From Armatimonadota bacterium (GTDB lineage Bacteria > Armatimonadota > SYMT01), in NCBI GenBank assembly GCA_041690135.1, contig JAWLHY010000010.1, forward strand, positions 32,001-96,000: a stretch of 64,000 nt of DNA, in the 5' to 3' direction. Made by a program: the position numbers and the translations under genes. Below, in pieces: positions 46,367 to 55,591 of this stretch. The notes beneath the pieces were generated by a model. It worked only from the letters and a program-made list of their open reading frames with translations. It ran no database searches and was not told the DNA's origin. Position 1 is the first letter of the stretch. Each line of letters opens with the position of its first letter.

Positions 46367-46645
46367 CTAGCGTCGCTCCGGGATACAGAGCCGGTTCGCA
46401 GCCAACTCTTGCTGGAACTCGTCCCACCACTCTTCCGAATGTTCCGCGGCAGCCTCCTGAATTGCATCCAATGCCCGCTCGAAAGCGAGAACCTCGTCTT
46501 CCTCCGTCGTGCCGGCATTCATGGTGGAGACCTCCACAGACACCTCTACCAGGCGACCCTTAGGAATGTCCAGCGGTTCGAGCAACCGCAGCATACCGTC
46601 GTCGACAATTGCCCGTACTTTGGAAGACAAGTCGGACCTCCTCAA
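46367..46645 (-). CDS. Antitoxin, DUF104/AF2212-like
   Basis: [28 protein letters not shown] plus acidic tail; abuts the PIN gene. Confidence 0.8.
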   Translation of the reverse strand: MRRSDLSSKVRAIVDDGMLRLLEPLDIPKGRLVEVSVEVSTMNAGTTEEDEVLAFERALDAIQEAAAEHSEEWWDEFQQELAANRLCIPERR

Positions 46646-47370
46646 TACCTGGCGAGCACACTCTCAAACAGACGGCGGCCGTCGGCCGTGCCCAGGACCG
46701 CCTCGCTGGCGCGCTCGGGATGGGGCATCAAGCCCATCACGTTGCCTTCGGCGTTGCAGACACCGGCGATGTTCTCCAGGCTGCCGTTGGGATTGGCATC
46801 CGGAGTGACCTCGCCGTTCGCTTCGCAGTATCGGAGCAGGATCTGGCCGTTGGCGCGCATGGATTCCAGCACTTCCGGCTCGGCGAAGTAGTTCCCCTCG
46901 CCGTGGGCGATCGGGATCCGCAGCACCTCACCGACCCGGCACTCCTTCAGGAAGGGGGTCCGGGTGCTCTCCACCCGCAGGTAGGTCCACTTACAGGCGA
47001 AGTTCTGCGAACGGTTCCGCAGCATGGCGCCCGGGAGCAAGCCGGCTTCCAGCAGGACCTGGAACCCGTTGCAGATCCCCAGCACGGCCTTACCCGACCG
47101 CGCGAATTCCTGAACGGAATCCATGATGGGGCTGAAGCGGGCCACGGCCCCGGCGCGGAGGTAGTCACCATGGGCGAAACCACCGGGAAGCACGAGGACG
47201 TCCAGATCGGACAGGTCTTCGTCGCGGTGCCACACGAAGCGCACCTTCTGCCCCAGAACCTGCTCCAGCACGTGGTAGGTATCCAGGTCGCAGTTGGTGC
47301 CCGGGAACACCACCACGCCCCAGCTCAGAACGGCGGGCGCGGCGGAGGTCGTAGGTGCGGTAATACTCAT
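46642..47370 (-). CDS. purQ: FGAM synthase glutaminase subunit
   Basis: FPGTNCD; [13 protein letters not shown]; GICNGFQ; AHGEG; NPNGS; MPHPER. Confidence 0.97.
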   Translation of the reverse strand: MSITAPTTSAAPAVLSWGVVVFPGTNCDLDTYHVLEQVLGQKVRFVWHRDEDLSDLDVLVLPGGFAHGDYLRAGAVARFSPIMDSVQEFARSGKAVLGICNGFQVLLEAGLLPGAMLRNRSQNFACKWTYLRVESTRTPFLKECRVGEVLRIPIAHGEGNYFAEPEVLESMRANGQILLRYCEANGEVTPDANPNGSLENIAGVCNAEGNVMGLMPHPERASEAVLGTADGRRLFESVLARY

Positions 47371-47374
47371 CGGC

Positions 47375-47617
47375 TTACCCCTCGGAGGAGAGGGCGATGG
47401 AATACTGCTCGATCACGGGGTTGGCCAGCAGTTTGCGGCACATTTCATCCACCTGGCCCTCGTCGGCGTCCGGGCCGAGGTCCAGCTCGATGTATTTCCC
47501 CATGTGCACGTCCTGGACACTCTCGAATCCGAGGCTGTGCAGTGCATTCTTGACCACGGCACCCTGGGCATCCAGGACCGTAGGCTTCAGGCGGATGGTG
47601 ATCTTGGCTTTAGGCAT
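47375..47617 (-). CDS. purS: FGAM synthase subunit PurS
   Basis: [19 protein letters not shown]...[14 protein letters not shown]. Confidence 0.95.
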   Translation of the reverse strand: MPKAKITIRLKPTVLDAQGAVVKNALHSLGFESVQDVHMGKYIELDLGPDADEGQVDEMCRKLLANPVIEQYSIALSSEG

Positions 47618-47657
47618 GAAAACAGCGTCGCGGCAGCCGTGACAAAAGGACACGCGT

Positions 47658-47687
47658 TCTAGCTTAAACGCGAGTTAATCATAGCCT
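47658..47687 (-). promoter_or_regulatory. Sigma70-like promoter candidate for the purS operon
   Basis: Minus strand TTGCTG-N18-TATGAT upstream of purS. Confidence 0.4.
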
Positions 47688-47731
47688 ACCGGGACACGAG
47701 TCAGCAAGGAAAGGCGGTCGCCTGCTTGATG

Positions 47732-48871
47732 CTATCGACCCAATACTTCATCCACCGCGTCGGGGTCGAGGAAGTTAGCCGTGCACTGCGGGCAGGTGCC
47801 GATGGGCCGCTGGGTGATCGTGCCGATGGTCCGGCCGAACATGATCAGGCCGCAGTCCGGGCAGAGGACCTCGTCCTTATGTCTGCGAGTTGCCCGAGTA
47901 GCTACCTCCCGCACTTTCTCGCGCACCCATTGTAGTTGCTCGCGGGACTGGAACACCAGGGCACTGAGGCGACCCCGTTCCAGCCACACACTGCCGCAAC
48001 CATCGCACGCATCCAGCTCGATTCCATCCGAGTTGATCCGGTGCAGGGCGCCGGCACAACCGGGACACTTCCCCACGATCTGGCCGAGGAACATGTGCCC
48101 GCAGGCCCAGCACACGGGCGCCTTCTCGTTGTTGGGCTGACCGCAGGACTCACAGAGGCGTTCTCCCGGCCGCGCCGCGCCCCCGCCCGTTCCGGGGGCA
48201 GGCTTTCTGCCCGGAACCTGGGCACGAAGCAATTCGGTGGGCGGAGTGCCGTAGTAGGACGCGCCCGGAGAAGCACCCTGCGGGGTCGCGGGTACCGCGT
48301 GGTCAGCCGGAACGGCAGGGGGTGGTGGCGGTGCCCCGTAGTAGGACCCCGACGCGGGTGCGGTCGCAGAGGGAGGCGCGTAGAAACTGCCCGAATGGTT
48401 TGCCGGCGGAACCGGGGGCGAGGGCGGCGTTGGAGCAGCGCCGTTGGGGTTCCCGGCGGAAGCAGTCCAGGGGTTCGAGGCGGAGGCGGGTGAAACCCGC
48501 GTGTTCACGGCCTGCTGACTCTGAAGGTGGTCGGCAATCCGGGCTAGCGCCGCCAGGTCGAGCCAATAGCTCTCGCACACGCCGCAGGTCGATAGCCGTG
48601 CTCCCGGCATGGAAGGGTACTCGACCCCCACCAGGACGCGCTCGCAGTTCGGACAACCCAGGGTCGGTCGTTTAGGGATGGAGGGATTGGCCCTGCCCTG
48701 TAACGTCTCCACCAGGCGACGGATGGCGGCCGAACCCGCGGCGACCACCTGCTTGAGCGTGTCCATGGTCACCCAGGCCCCGCCACAATTCAGGCAGAGG
48801 TCCAGAGTAACTGGTCCCAGGCGGCCCGCCGCCAACGGTTGCACGCATGCCGGACACGGTCGCACTCGCAT
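47732..48871 (-). CDS. Multi zinc-ribbon protein (four zf-TFIIB-like units, one extra ribbon, Pro-rich linker)
   Basis: CPAC..LDLCLNCGGAW; CPNC..CGVCESYW; CESC..CWAC; CPGC..LDACDGCGSVWLERG; CPDC..CPQC. Confidence 0.8.
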   Translation of the reverse strand: MRVRPCPACVQPLAAGRLGPVTLDLCLNCGGAWVTMDTLKQVVAAGSAAIRRLVETLQGRANPSIPKRPTLGCPNCERVLVGVEYPSMPGARLSTCGVCESYWLDLAALARIADHLQSQQAVNTRVSPASASNPWTASAGNPNGAAPTPPSPPVPPANHSGSFYAPPSATAPASGSYYGAPPPPPAVPADHAVPATPQGASPGASYYGTPPTELLRAQVPGRKPAPGTGGGAARPGERLCESCGQPNNEKAPVCWACGHMFLGQIVGKCPGCAGALHRINSDGIELDACDGCGSVWLERGRLSALVFQSREQLQWVREKVREVATRATRRHKDEVLCPDCGLIMFGRTIGTITQRPIGTCPQCTANFLDPDAVDEVLGR

Positions 48872-48996
48872 TCCCACCGGTGATCCCTCCATACGGCGGC
48901 TTGGTCCTCTCACTGCCGAGGACCCCCCAATCCACCTGCCGCTTATATTGACGCAGAAACCGCCGGAGCGGTTGCTGTCCTTGGTGGGCTATTCTA

Positions 48997-50799
48997 CTAA
49001 ATTTTCGTGACCGATCCTAGAAGCGCCTCAAACTCCACAATGGTACGGCGGCATACGTCGAGGCTGCTCCACCAGAAGTCGACGCTCTCGCAGTCGATAC
49101 CAAATCGAGCCGCGAGGGTGGCGGCGTCCGCCATTCCGGTGGAACTGAGCAGGTCGTTGTAGCCGACCCGGAAGCCCTCCGGATCTTCCTGATACCGGGC
49201 ATAGAGCCCCAGCCCGAAGAGCAGTCCAAACGTGTAAGGATAGTTGTAGAAAATGGGGCCGTAGTAGTGTCCCTTCACCGCCCACATGTAGGGGTGGAGC
49301 AACTCCGGGTCCAGACCGTCTCCGTAGGTGGCCAACTGGGCCTCCAGCATCAGCGCGTTGAACTCACGGACGGTGAGGTCCCGCTGCGCTCGGCGCTCGA
49401 AGACTGCCTTCTCGAAGAGGAAGCGGGAGTGGATATCCACGACCACGAGGAGATCCCGCTGCAGCGAGGTGTCCAGCAGCGCCAGGCGCTCGGCCGGGTC
49501 TGCTTGCTCCAGCACTGCGTGGAAGATGATGGTCTCGCAGAAGATGCTGGCGGTCTCCGCCAGGGTGCTCGGCGTGCCGCGGAGGAGCGGAGTGCGGCGG
49601 CCGAGTTGGAGATTGTGGTAGGCGTGCCCCAACTCGTGGGCAAGGGTGCTGACGGCGTTGAACGAGCCGTCGTAGTTCATCAGCACCCGGGATTCGCCGG
49701 GCCGAATGCCCGTGCAGTAGGCCCCGCCCTCTTTGCCGGGCCGAGGTCCCACGTCGATCCAGCGCTCGCGGAAGGCGCGATCGGCCAGGCGGGACATCTC
49801 CTCGGAGTAGCAGGCGAAGTTCCGGCGGATGAACGCCTCCGCTTCCTCCCAGGTGTACTGCCGCGCGGCGGAGCCCACCGGAGCGCTCACGTCGAACCAG
49901 GTGAGCTTATCGATCCCCAGGGCTTGCGCCTTGGCGGCCATGTAGCGGCGGAAATCCGGAAAGCTCTCCACGCAGGCCTGCTGCATGGCCTCCAGCGACT
50001 TCCGGGTAATGTTGTTCTGCAGCAGTGTCGGCTCGACATCGTCCGAGAAGCCCCGGCGGCGATTGACCACGCTCTGGGAGCCCTTCACGCCATTCAGCGC
50101 CGCGGCGAGGGGGACGGCGACCTCCTCCCAGGCCTTCAGTTCCGCTTCATAGGCCGCTTTGCGGACCTCGCGGTCGGGATCGTTGGCCAGCGCTCGGACC
50201 GCGGCCATGGGGAGGCGCTGTGCTTCGCCGCGGAGTGTGAGGGGCACTTCCAGGAGCGCGGTCATATCGGAGTGGAGGCGCGCCCAGGCCCGCAGGCCGG
50301 CGGGAAGGAGATCCGCATAGAGGTTCTCCTCCCCTTCCGGCATCTGGTGGCGGGCCAGGGTCTGCGCCTTCCGCAGCAGGAACGCATATTCGCCGGCCGC
50401 GGGGCTCTCCCCCAGCAGTGTCTCCACGTCCTGCGAGCCGATCCATGCCGTCCAGCGCTTGTCGAGCTGGTCCAGCGCGACACAGACCTGGCCGAGCTCG
50501 GAGAGCTTCGACTGGGCCGCGTCGTTCGAGGCATCCGCCGAGACCTGGCATCCCAGGTAGGAACGGAGCGTCCGCAGGCGGTCGTAGAGCGGGTTGAGCC
50601 GGTTCACGACCGCCTCAAAGGTGTCGACCGCATCCCCGGCCGGCTGCTCGGACCGCCGGATGCCCCGCGCGTCGAAGAAGGCGGCCAACTCGCCGATCTC
50701 CTCCTTGAGGGCAGCGAAGGCCGCTTCGAACTCGGGTGAGTCAAGCGCCGGGAAGACGGACTCCAGATTCCAGCGGGGCAGCAGGTCGGCCTGGGACAT
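48997..50799 (-). CDS. M3B oligoendopeptidase F family
   Basis: WNLESVFP; GKEGGAYC; TLAHELGHAYH; LAETAS; FYNYPYTFG. Confidence 0.94.
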   Translation of the reverse strand: MSQADLLPRWNLESVFPALDSPEFEAAFAALKEEIGELAAFFDARGIRRSEQPAGDAVDTFEAVVNRLNPLYDRLRTLRSYLGCQVSADASNDAAQSKLSELGQVCVALDQLDKRWTAWIGSQDVETLLGESPAAGEYAFLLRKAQTLARHQMPEGEENLYADLLPAGLRAWARLHSDMTALLEVPLTLRGEAQRLPMAAVRALANDPDREVRKAAYEAELKAWEEVAVPLAAALNGVKGSQSVVNRRRGFSDDVEPTLLQNNITRKSLEAMQQACVESFPDFRRYMAAKAQALGIDKLTWFDVSAPVGSAARQYTWEEAEAFIRRNFACYSEEMSRLADRAFRERWIDVGPRPGKEGGAYCTGIRPGESRVLMNYDGSFNAVSTLAHELGHAYHNLQLGRRTPLLRGTPSTLAETASIFCETIIFHAVLEQADPAERLALLDTSLQRDLLVVVDIHSRFLFEKAVFERRAQRDLTVREFNALMLEAQLATYGDGLDPELLHPYMWAVKGHYYGPIFYNYPYTFGLLFGLGLYARYQEDPEGFRVGYNDLLSSTGMADAATLAARFGIDCESVDFWWSSLDVCRRTIVEFEALLGSVTKI

Positions 50800-50802
50800 G
50801 GG

Positions 50803-51321
50803 TTAGAGCTCCTTCGCTACACGCTCCATCAGCTTGCTGTTGCGCTTTTCGACCGACTGCGCCATTTCCGCCTTGAACTGGCGCACGCGCTCGCGGACCT
50901 CGGTGTCGGTCGCACCGAGCACTTTTGCCGCCAGCACGCCCGCATTGCGCGCGGCGTTGATCCCCACCGTGGCGACCGGCACTCCCGGAGGCATCTGCAC
51001 GATCGAGAGCAGCGAGTCGAGCCCATCGAGCGCGGCGGACTTCACCGGAACGCCAATGACGGGGAGCGGGGTGAGGGCCGCGATAACTCCCGGAAGGTGA
51101 GCCGCCCCGCCGGCGCCGGCGATCACCAACTGCACGCCGCGCTCTTCCAGACCGCGGACCCACTCCGCCACCTGGTCCGGCGTGCGGTGCGCGGAGAGCG
51201 CCTTGATCTCCCAGCCGATCCCGAGCTGGTTGAGCACGCGCCCGGCATCGAGCATGACGCCGAGATCCGAGTCGCTGCCCATGATGATACCGACGCGGAC
51301 GGGTGGGGTTGTGTCTGCCAT
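50803..51321 (-). CDS. purE: N5-CAIR mutase
   Basis: MGSDSD; SAHRTP; AGAGGAAHLPG; SIVQMPPGVPVATV. Confidence 0.97.
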   Translation of the reverse strand: MADTTPPVRVGIIMGSDSDLGVMLDAGRVLNQLGIGWEIKALSAHRTPDQVAEWVRGLEERGVQLVIAGAGGAAHLPGVIAALTPLPVIGVPVKSAALDGLDSLLSIVQMPPGVPVATVGINAARNAGVLAAKVLGATDTEVRERVRQFKAEMAQSVEKRNSKLMERVAKEL

Positions 51322-51391
51322 AGAAGCCTCCTGTTTAGATGTTGCTTGTTGGGTACTGCTCGTACGGATGCTGGGTGTGCGGGATGGACAA

Positions 51392-51450
51392 GTAGTGCGT
51401 AACGCGTATTGCGTAACTGGAACCGTTCGTGTTCGAGCCGGGAACGGTTC
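51392..51450. repeat. Heptamer (TTACGCR)x3 tract and hairpin between purD and purE
   Basis: gtagtgcgtaacgcgtattgcgtaa; gaaccgttc-N13-gaacggttc. Confidence 0.55.
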
Positions 51451-51473
51451 TCAGCTGTCTACTCTTCCTTCGT

Positions 51474-52805
51474 CTACACTTCCCGGACGCGGGCGGCGAT
51501 GTCGGAGCGGTAGTGCGCCTGGTCGAACGTGATGGACCGCACGCCGGCATAGGCCCGGTCCGTGGCTTCGGCGAAGGTGGCGCCGACGCCGGTGACGCTC
51601 AAGACCCGTCCGCCAGCGGTAACAATGCCGCCCTCCCGCTCCGCCGTGCCGGCGTGGAACACCGTCACACCGGGAAACCCGGCGGCCGATTCCAGCCCGG
51701 AGATCGGCTTGCCGGTTTCGTAGTCCCCGGGATAGCCCCCGCTGGCCATCACTACGGTAACGGCGCGACCCTCGGGGCCGGACTTCCACGGCACTTCCGA
51801 TTCCACCAACTCCCCGCTTGCCACGGCCAGGAAGAGCTCCACCAGGTCGGCATCCAGGAGGGGCAGGACCACCTGCGTCTCCGGATCGCCGAACCGGCAG
51901 TTGAACTCGATCACCTTCAGGCCGTCCGCCGTGAGCATCAGGCCGGCGTAGAGGCAGCCCCGGAAGGGCGTGCCGTCTTCGCGCAGCCCCCGCAGGGTCG
52001 GGCGGACGATGCGGTCGAGCGCGTCCTGCAGGAGCTCCGGCGTGACGACCGGCGCGGGGGCGTAGCAGCCCATGCCGCCGGTGAGGATCTCGTAGTCGCC
52101 GGCCCAAAGGCTGCGGTCGTTGTCGAAGGCGCGCTTGTAGTCCTGCGCGGGCGGCAGCGGCAACACATGCTCGCCATCCGTGAGGACCAGGAGACTCGCC
52201 TCCGGACCGGAAATCCGCTCCTCGATCACGATCTCCGCCCCGGCCGCGCCAAAGGAGTGGTCGACGAGCATATCGCGGACGGCGGTCCGCGCCTGTTCCA
52301 GGTTGTCGCAGACGATGGAGCCCTTGCCCGCGGCCAGGCCGCTGGCCTTCACCACGGCCGAGGTCGCGCCCCGTGCGGCGAGGTCGTCCAGGAACGCGAG
52401 GGCGGGCTCGGCTTCCTGGAACCGCGCGAAGGCGGGTTGGGGCACCTCCATCCGCGCCATGAGGTCCCGCGCGTAGGCTTTGCTGCTCTCGATGCGGGCG
52501 GCAGCGGCGCTCGGCCCAAACACCGGAATCCCGGCCTCCGCGAGGCGATCCGCCAGGCCGGCCGCGAGGGGCGCTTCCGGGCCCACGACCACCAGCCCAA
52601 TGGCGTTCTCGCGAGCGAATTCCACCTGGCGGTCCAGGTCGCCGACCGGAATCGGCACGCACTCGGCCACCCCGCGCATGCCGGCGTTCCCGGGCGCGGC
52701 GAAGAGGCGGCCACACCGCGGGGACTGTCGCAGCTTCCACGCCAGCGCGTGCTCGCGGCCCCCACCCCCCACTACCAGAATATCGATCTGATCCATAGCT
52801 TCCAT
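51474..52805 (-). CDS. purD: Phosphoribosylamine-glycine ligase
   Basis: GGGGREHAL; VGPEAPL; KASGLAAGKG; TGGMG; EFNCRFGDPETQ; TAGGRVL. Confidence 0.96.
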   Translation of the reverse strand: MEAMDQIDILVVGGGGREHALAWKLRQSPRCGRLFAAPGNAGMRGVAECVPIPVGDLDRQVEFARENAIGLVVVGPEAPLAAGLADRLAEAGIPVFGPSAAAARIESSKAYARDLMARMEVPQPAFARFQEAEPALAFLDDLAARGATSAVVKASGLAAGKGSIVCDNLEQARTAVRDMLVDHSFGAAGAEIVIEERISGPEASLLVLTDGEHVLPLPPAQDYKRAFDNDRSLWAGDYEILTGGMGCYAPAPVVTPELLQDALDRIVRPTLRGLREDGTPFRGCLYAGLMLTADGLKVIEFNCRFGDPETQVVLPLLDADLVELFLAVASGELVESEVPWKSGPEGRAVTVVMASGGYPGDYETGKPISGLESAAGFPGVTVFHAGTAEREGGIVTAGGRVLSVTGVGATFAEATDRAYAGVRSITFDQAHYRSDIAARVREV

Positions 52806-52878
52806 CTACCGGACGACGGTCGTCCGTCGGTCCCCGTTGTTATAGCGCACCGGGTTGAGGGAAGAGGACCGGGAATGG

Positions 52879-52905
52879 CTCGCGCAAAGCCGCAAAGGCG
52901 CCAAG
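52879..52905 (+). repeat. Octamer (CGCAAAGR) repeat element
   Basis: ctcgcgcaaagccgcaaaggcgccaag; related copies at 54707-54731 and 55273-55310. Confidence 0.7.
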
Positions 52906-53050
52906 AGGAAAAGAGGAAAGGGGCAACTTCGTTGTTCGCTCGTTCCGTGTACGGGACGTTCGGGCCTACGGCGATCCCCAACCAGGACGACGTGCGTAGG
53001 AGCCAGAACCAACTGTAGGTGGGTACGGAGGAAAATTCAGGAGGTGAGCC

Positions 53051-53905
53051 GTGGAGCAGAAGGGATACCGAATCCGGACGATGGGGCGGGAGGACCTCGA
53101 CTTTGCCCTTGAACTGGCGAACCAGGAGGGCTGGAACCCGGGCCTCGCCGACGCGAAGTGTTTCTACCAGGCCGATCCGGATGGGTTCTTCGTGGGCGAG
53201 GTGGAGGGTGAGCCGATCGGGTGTATCTCGGCCGTCTCGTACGGTGAAAAGTTCGGATTCATTGGCCTCTACATCGTCGCGCCCCCGCATCGCGGCCGGG
53301 GCTACGGCCTTCAACTGTGGCGGCACGCGATGCAGTACCTGAAGGGCCACAATATCGGGCTCGATGGGGTGGTCGCGCAGCAGGACAACTATCGGAAGTC
53401 GGGCTTCAAGCTGGCCCACCGAAATGTGCGGTATGCTGGCCGCGCCGAGGCGGCAGAACCGGTCCCCCAAACCCCTATCGTTCCGGCCGCCACCGTTCCC
53501 TTCGAAAGACTGGCCGCCTACGACCGCACGGCCTTCCCCGCCGGGCGCGACCGCTTTCTCCAATCGTGGTTGGGAGTTCCCGGAGGCACCGCCCTGGCGT
53601 GGCACGACGGCGACACCCTCTCCGGGTACGGCGTGGTCCGGCCTTGCCGGCAGGGCTTCAAAGTCGGTCCCCTCTTCGCCGACACTCCCGAGGTTGCGGA
53701 GGCCCTCCTGCGCGCGCTGATCGCGGAGATCCCCGTGGGAAGTGACCTGTTCCTCGACGTCCCCGAACCCAATACCGAGGCCGTGAACCTCGCGCGTCGG
53801 CACGGGATGCAGCCGGTGTTCGAAACGGCCCGGATGTACACCGGCGAGGACCCGGCCCTGCCGCTAGAGCGGATCTTCGGGATCACCACCTTCGAGCTGG
53901 GTTGA
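53051..53905 (+). CDS. GNAT acetyltransferase (YitH-like, two domains)
   Basis: SD aggaggtg; EGWNPG; FIGLYIVAPPHRGRGYG; YRKSGF; KVGPLFAD; FETARMY; FELG. Confidence 0.9.
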   Translation: MEQKGYRIRTMGREDLDFALELANQEGWNPGLADAKCFYQADPDGFFVGEVEGEPIGCISAVSYGEKFGFIGLYIVAPPHRGRGYGLQLWRHAMQYLKGHNIGLDGVVAQQDNYRKSGFKLAHRNVRYAGRAEAAEPVPQTPIVPAATVPFERLAAYDRTAFPAGRDRFLQSWLGVPGGTALAWHDGDTLSGYGVVRPCRQGFKVGPLFADTPEVAEALLRALIAEIPVGSDLFLDVPEPNTEAVNLARRHGMQPVFETARMYTGEDPALPLERIFGITTFELG

Positions 53906-53983
53906 TGAATGCTTTCCGTATGCGGTTGAGGGGAGCCACAGATCTCACAGATGAGACTTGCACGTCGCGGGTAGCAAGTCAGT

Positions 53984-54841
53984 ATGGCTACTCACATCGG
54001 GACTTCGGGGTGGAGCTACGACCACTGGGTTGACATCGTCTACCCGCGGCGGGCGTCGTCGCTGGAGCGGCTGGACCGGTATGCCGAGCGGTTCGGGACG
54101 GTGGAGGTGAACTTCACCTACTACCGCTGGCCGCAAGACTCGACTTTCACAACGTGGCGGGAGCGGGCGCCGGAGGGGTTTCTTTTCTCGGTAAAGGCGT
54201 CGCGGGGGATCACCCACTTCGCGAAGCTGCGGGACCCGAGCCAATGGCTGGAGAAGATGGGCCGGGGCCTGGAACAACTCGGCGACCGGATGGGCGTGCT
54301 GCTGTTCCAGCTTCCCGCCGCCTTCCCCTGCGACCTGGAGCGCCTGGAGTCGTTCCTGGAGGAACTGCCGGACTGGTATCGGAGCGCCATCGAATTCCGG
54401 CACCCGAGTTGGGACCGGGAAGAGGTGTACCAGCTCCTTGAGCAGTATGGGGTCGGCTACTGCGTGATGAGCGGGGCCGGTCTGCCATGCGTGCTCCGTG
54501 CCACCGCACACTTCGTGTACGTGCGCCTACACGGGCCGGATCCACACCACCTCTACGGCGGCTCCTATTCGGAGGAGGATATGCGCTGGTGGGCGGAGCG
54601 GATCGCCGAGTGGGAGGCCCAGGGTCGCGACGTGTGGGCCTACTTCAACAACGACTGGGAGGGGAACGCCGTGCGAAACGCGGAGACGCTGTTGAAGGAG
54701 GTGTCTCTCGCAAAGACGCAAAGGCGCAAAGAAGAAGGGGAAAGAGGGAGAGCCACGGATTTCACAGATTTGGAAGCGATTGAGGAGCGCGAGAGAAGGG
54801 TGGATGGCCGTGAAGTGAGCGGGGTGGGAAAGTGGGGGTGA
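53984..54841 (+). CDS. DUF72 family protein with repeat-derived C-terminal tail
   Basis: IGTSGWSY; VEVNFTYY; LLFQLP; EFRHPSW; YVRLHG; YFNND. Confidence 0.92.
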   Translation: MATHIGTSGWSYDHWVDIVYPRRASSLERLDRYAERFGTVEVNFTYYRWPQDSTFTTWRERAPEGFLFSVKASRGITHFAKLRDPSQWLEKMGRGLEQLGDRMGVLLFQLPAAFPCDLERLESFLEELPDWYRSAIEFRHPSWDREEVYQLLEQYGVGYCVMSGAGLPCVLRATAHFVYVRLHGPDPHHLYGGSYSEEDMRWWAERIAEWEAQGRDVWAYFNNDWEGNAVRNAETLLKEVSLAKTQRRKEEGERGRATDFTDLEAIEERERRVDGREVSGVGKWG

Positions 54842-54941
54842 CGCGGGTGGGCTGCGTGGCGTATACGGAGGCTGGGAGGTGTGCCCGGCGGTGGGCGGTC
54901 TTCCCGGAACTATTCGTTTCCCCTGTGCAGCACTGGAGTTG

Positions 54942-55262
54942 ATGATGAAGAAGTCTTGTGCCCTGGTTTTGACGATCGCCGCGCTGACCGTGACCGCTCC
55001 GATGACCGTTCATGCCGCCAAGAAGCCGGCCGTGAAGAAGTCCGGCGTGGCGGTGGCGAAGCTGAAGATCACGGGGATGCACTGCGAGGGCTGCGCGATG
55101 GGGATCACGCGGCAGGTGCAGAAGGTGAAGGGCGTGAAGACCGCCAAGATCGACCACGCGAAGTCGCTGGGGACCATCGAGTACGACCCGAGCGCGTGCA
55201 AGCCGGCGGACCTGCTGGCGGCGGTGAAGAAAAGCGGCTACAAGGCGTCGTTGCTGAAGTAA
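54942..55262 (+). CDS. Secreted heavy-metal-associated (HMA/MerP-like) protein
   Basis: Signal peptide; ITGMHCEGCA; ends AVKKSGYKA. Confidence 0.88.
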   Translation: MMKKSCALVLTIAALTVTAPMTVHAAKKPAVKKSGVAVAKLKITGMHCEGCAMGITRQVQKVKGVKTAKIDHAKSLGTIEYDPSACKPADLLAAVKKSGYKASLLK

Positions 55263-55323
55263 CGGGCGGGACCTCACCGCAAAGGCGCAAGAGCCGCCGA
55301 GGGCCGCAAGGAAAAGCAAGAAA

Positions 55324-55575
55324 TGGCAGTTGCGGATGGCTGGCTGGTACTGCCGGGTGCCACTCGCAGAAGGCTGATCTTGAGCTCTGTGCGGCTGCCA
55401 CGAAATCCGTAACAGAGTTCCAACTTGATGGAAACATCCGTGCCTGCGTCGGCAGGTACCCCGAAGGGAATGGGAGCGACGCGGATTTATCCCGTCGCGA
55501 GTCGTGGACGGGCGTAACAGCCCGTGGTAACGAAGGGCCCGGCAGTGTGTGGGAAGATGCACTGCCGAGCCCTTG
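55324..55575. other. Chain of hairpins between convergent genes (REP mosaic or ncRNA)
   Basis: tgcctgc/gcaggta; gcgacg...cgtcgc; acgggc/gcccgt; aagggcccggcagtg/cactgccgagccctt. Confidence 0.45.
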
Positions 55576-55591
55576 TGGTGGGGCTGGGGGA

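Noticed and set aside
47650-47685. cgcgttctagcttaaacgcg resembling a preQ1-I riboswitch loop
   Set aside because: It lies on the strand opposite purS and lacks the A-rich 3' tail; more likely a simple leader hairpin
51325-51470. Purine or ZTP riboswitch upstream of purE, or group II intron domain V hairpin
   Set aside because: No ZTP or purine aptamer consensus found; the hairpin lacks the AGC/CGC triad and GNRA loop
55370-55490. Hammerhead or twister ribozyme in the hairpin chain
   Set aside because: CUGAnGA/GAAA core spacing and twister pseudoknot residues are not satisfied on inspection
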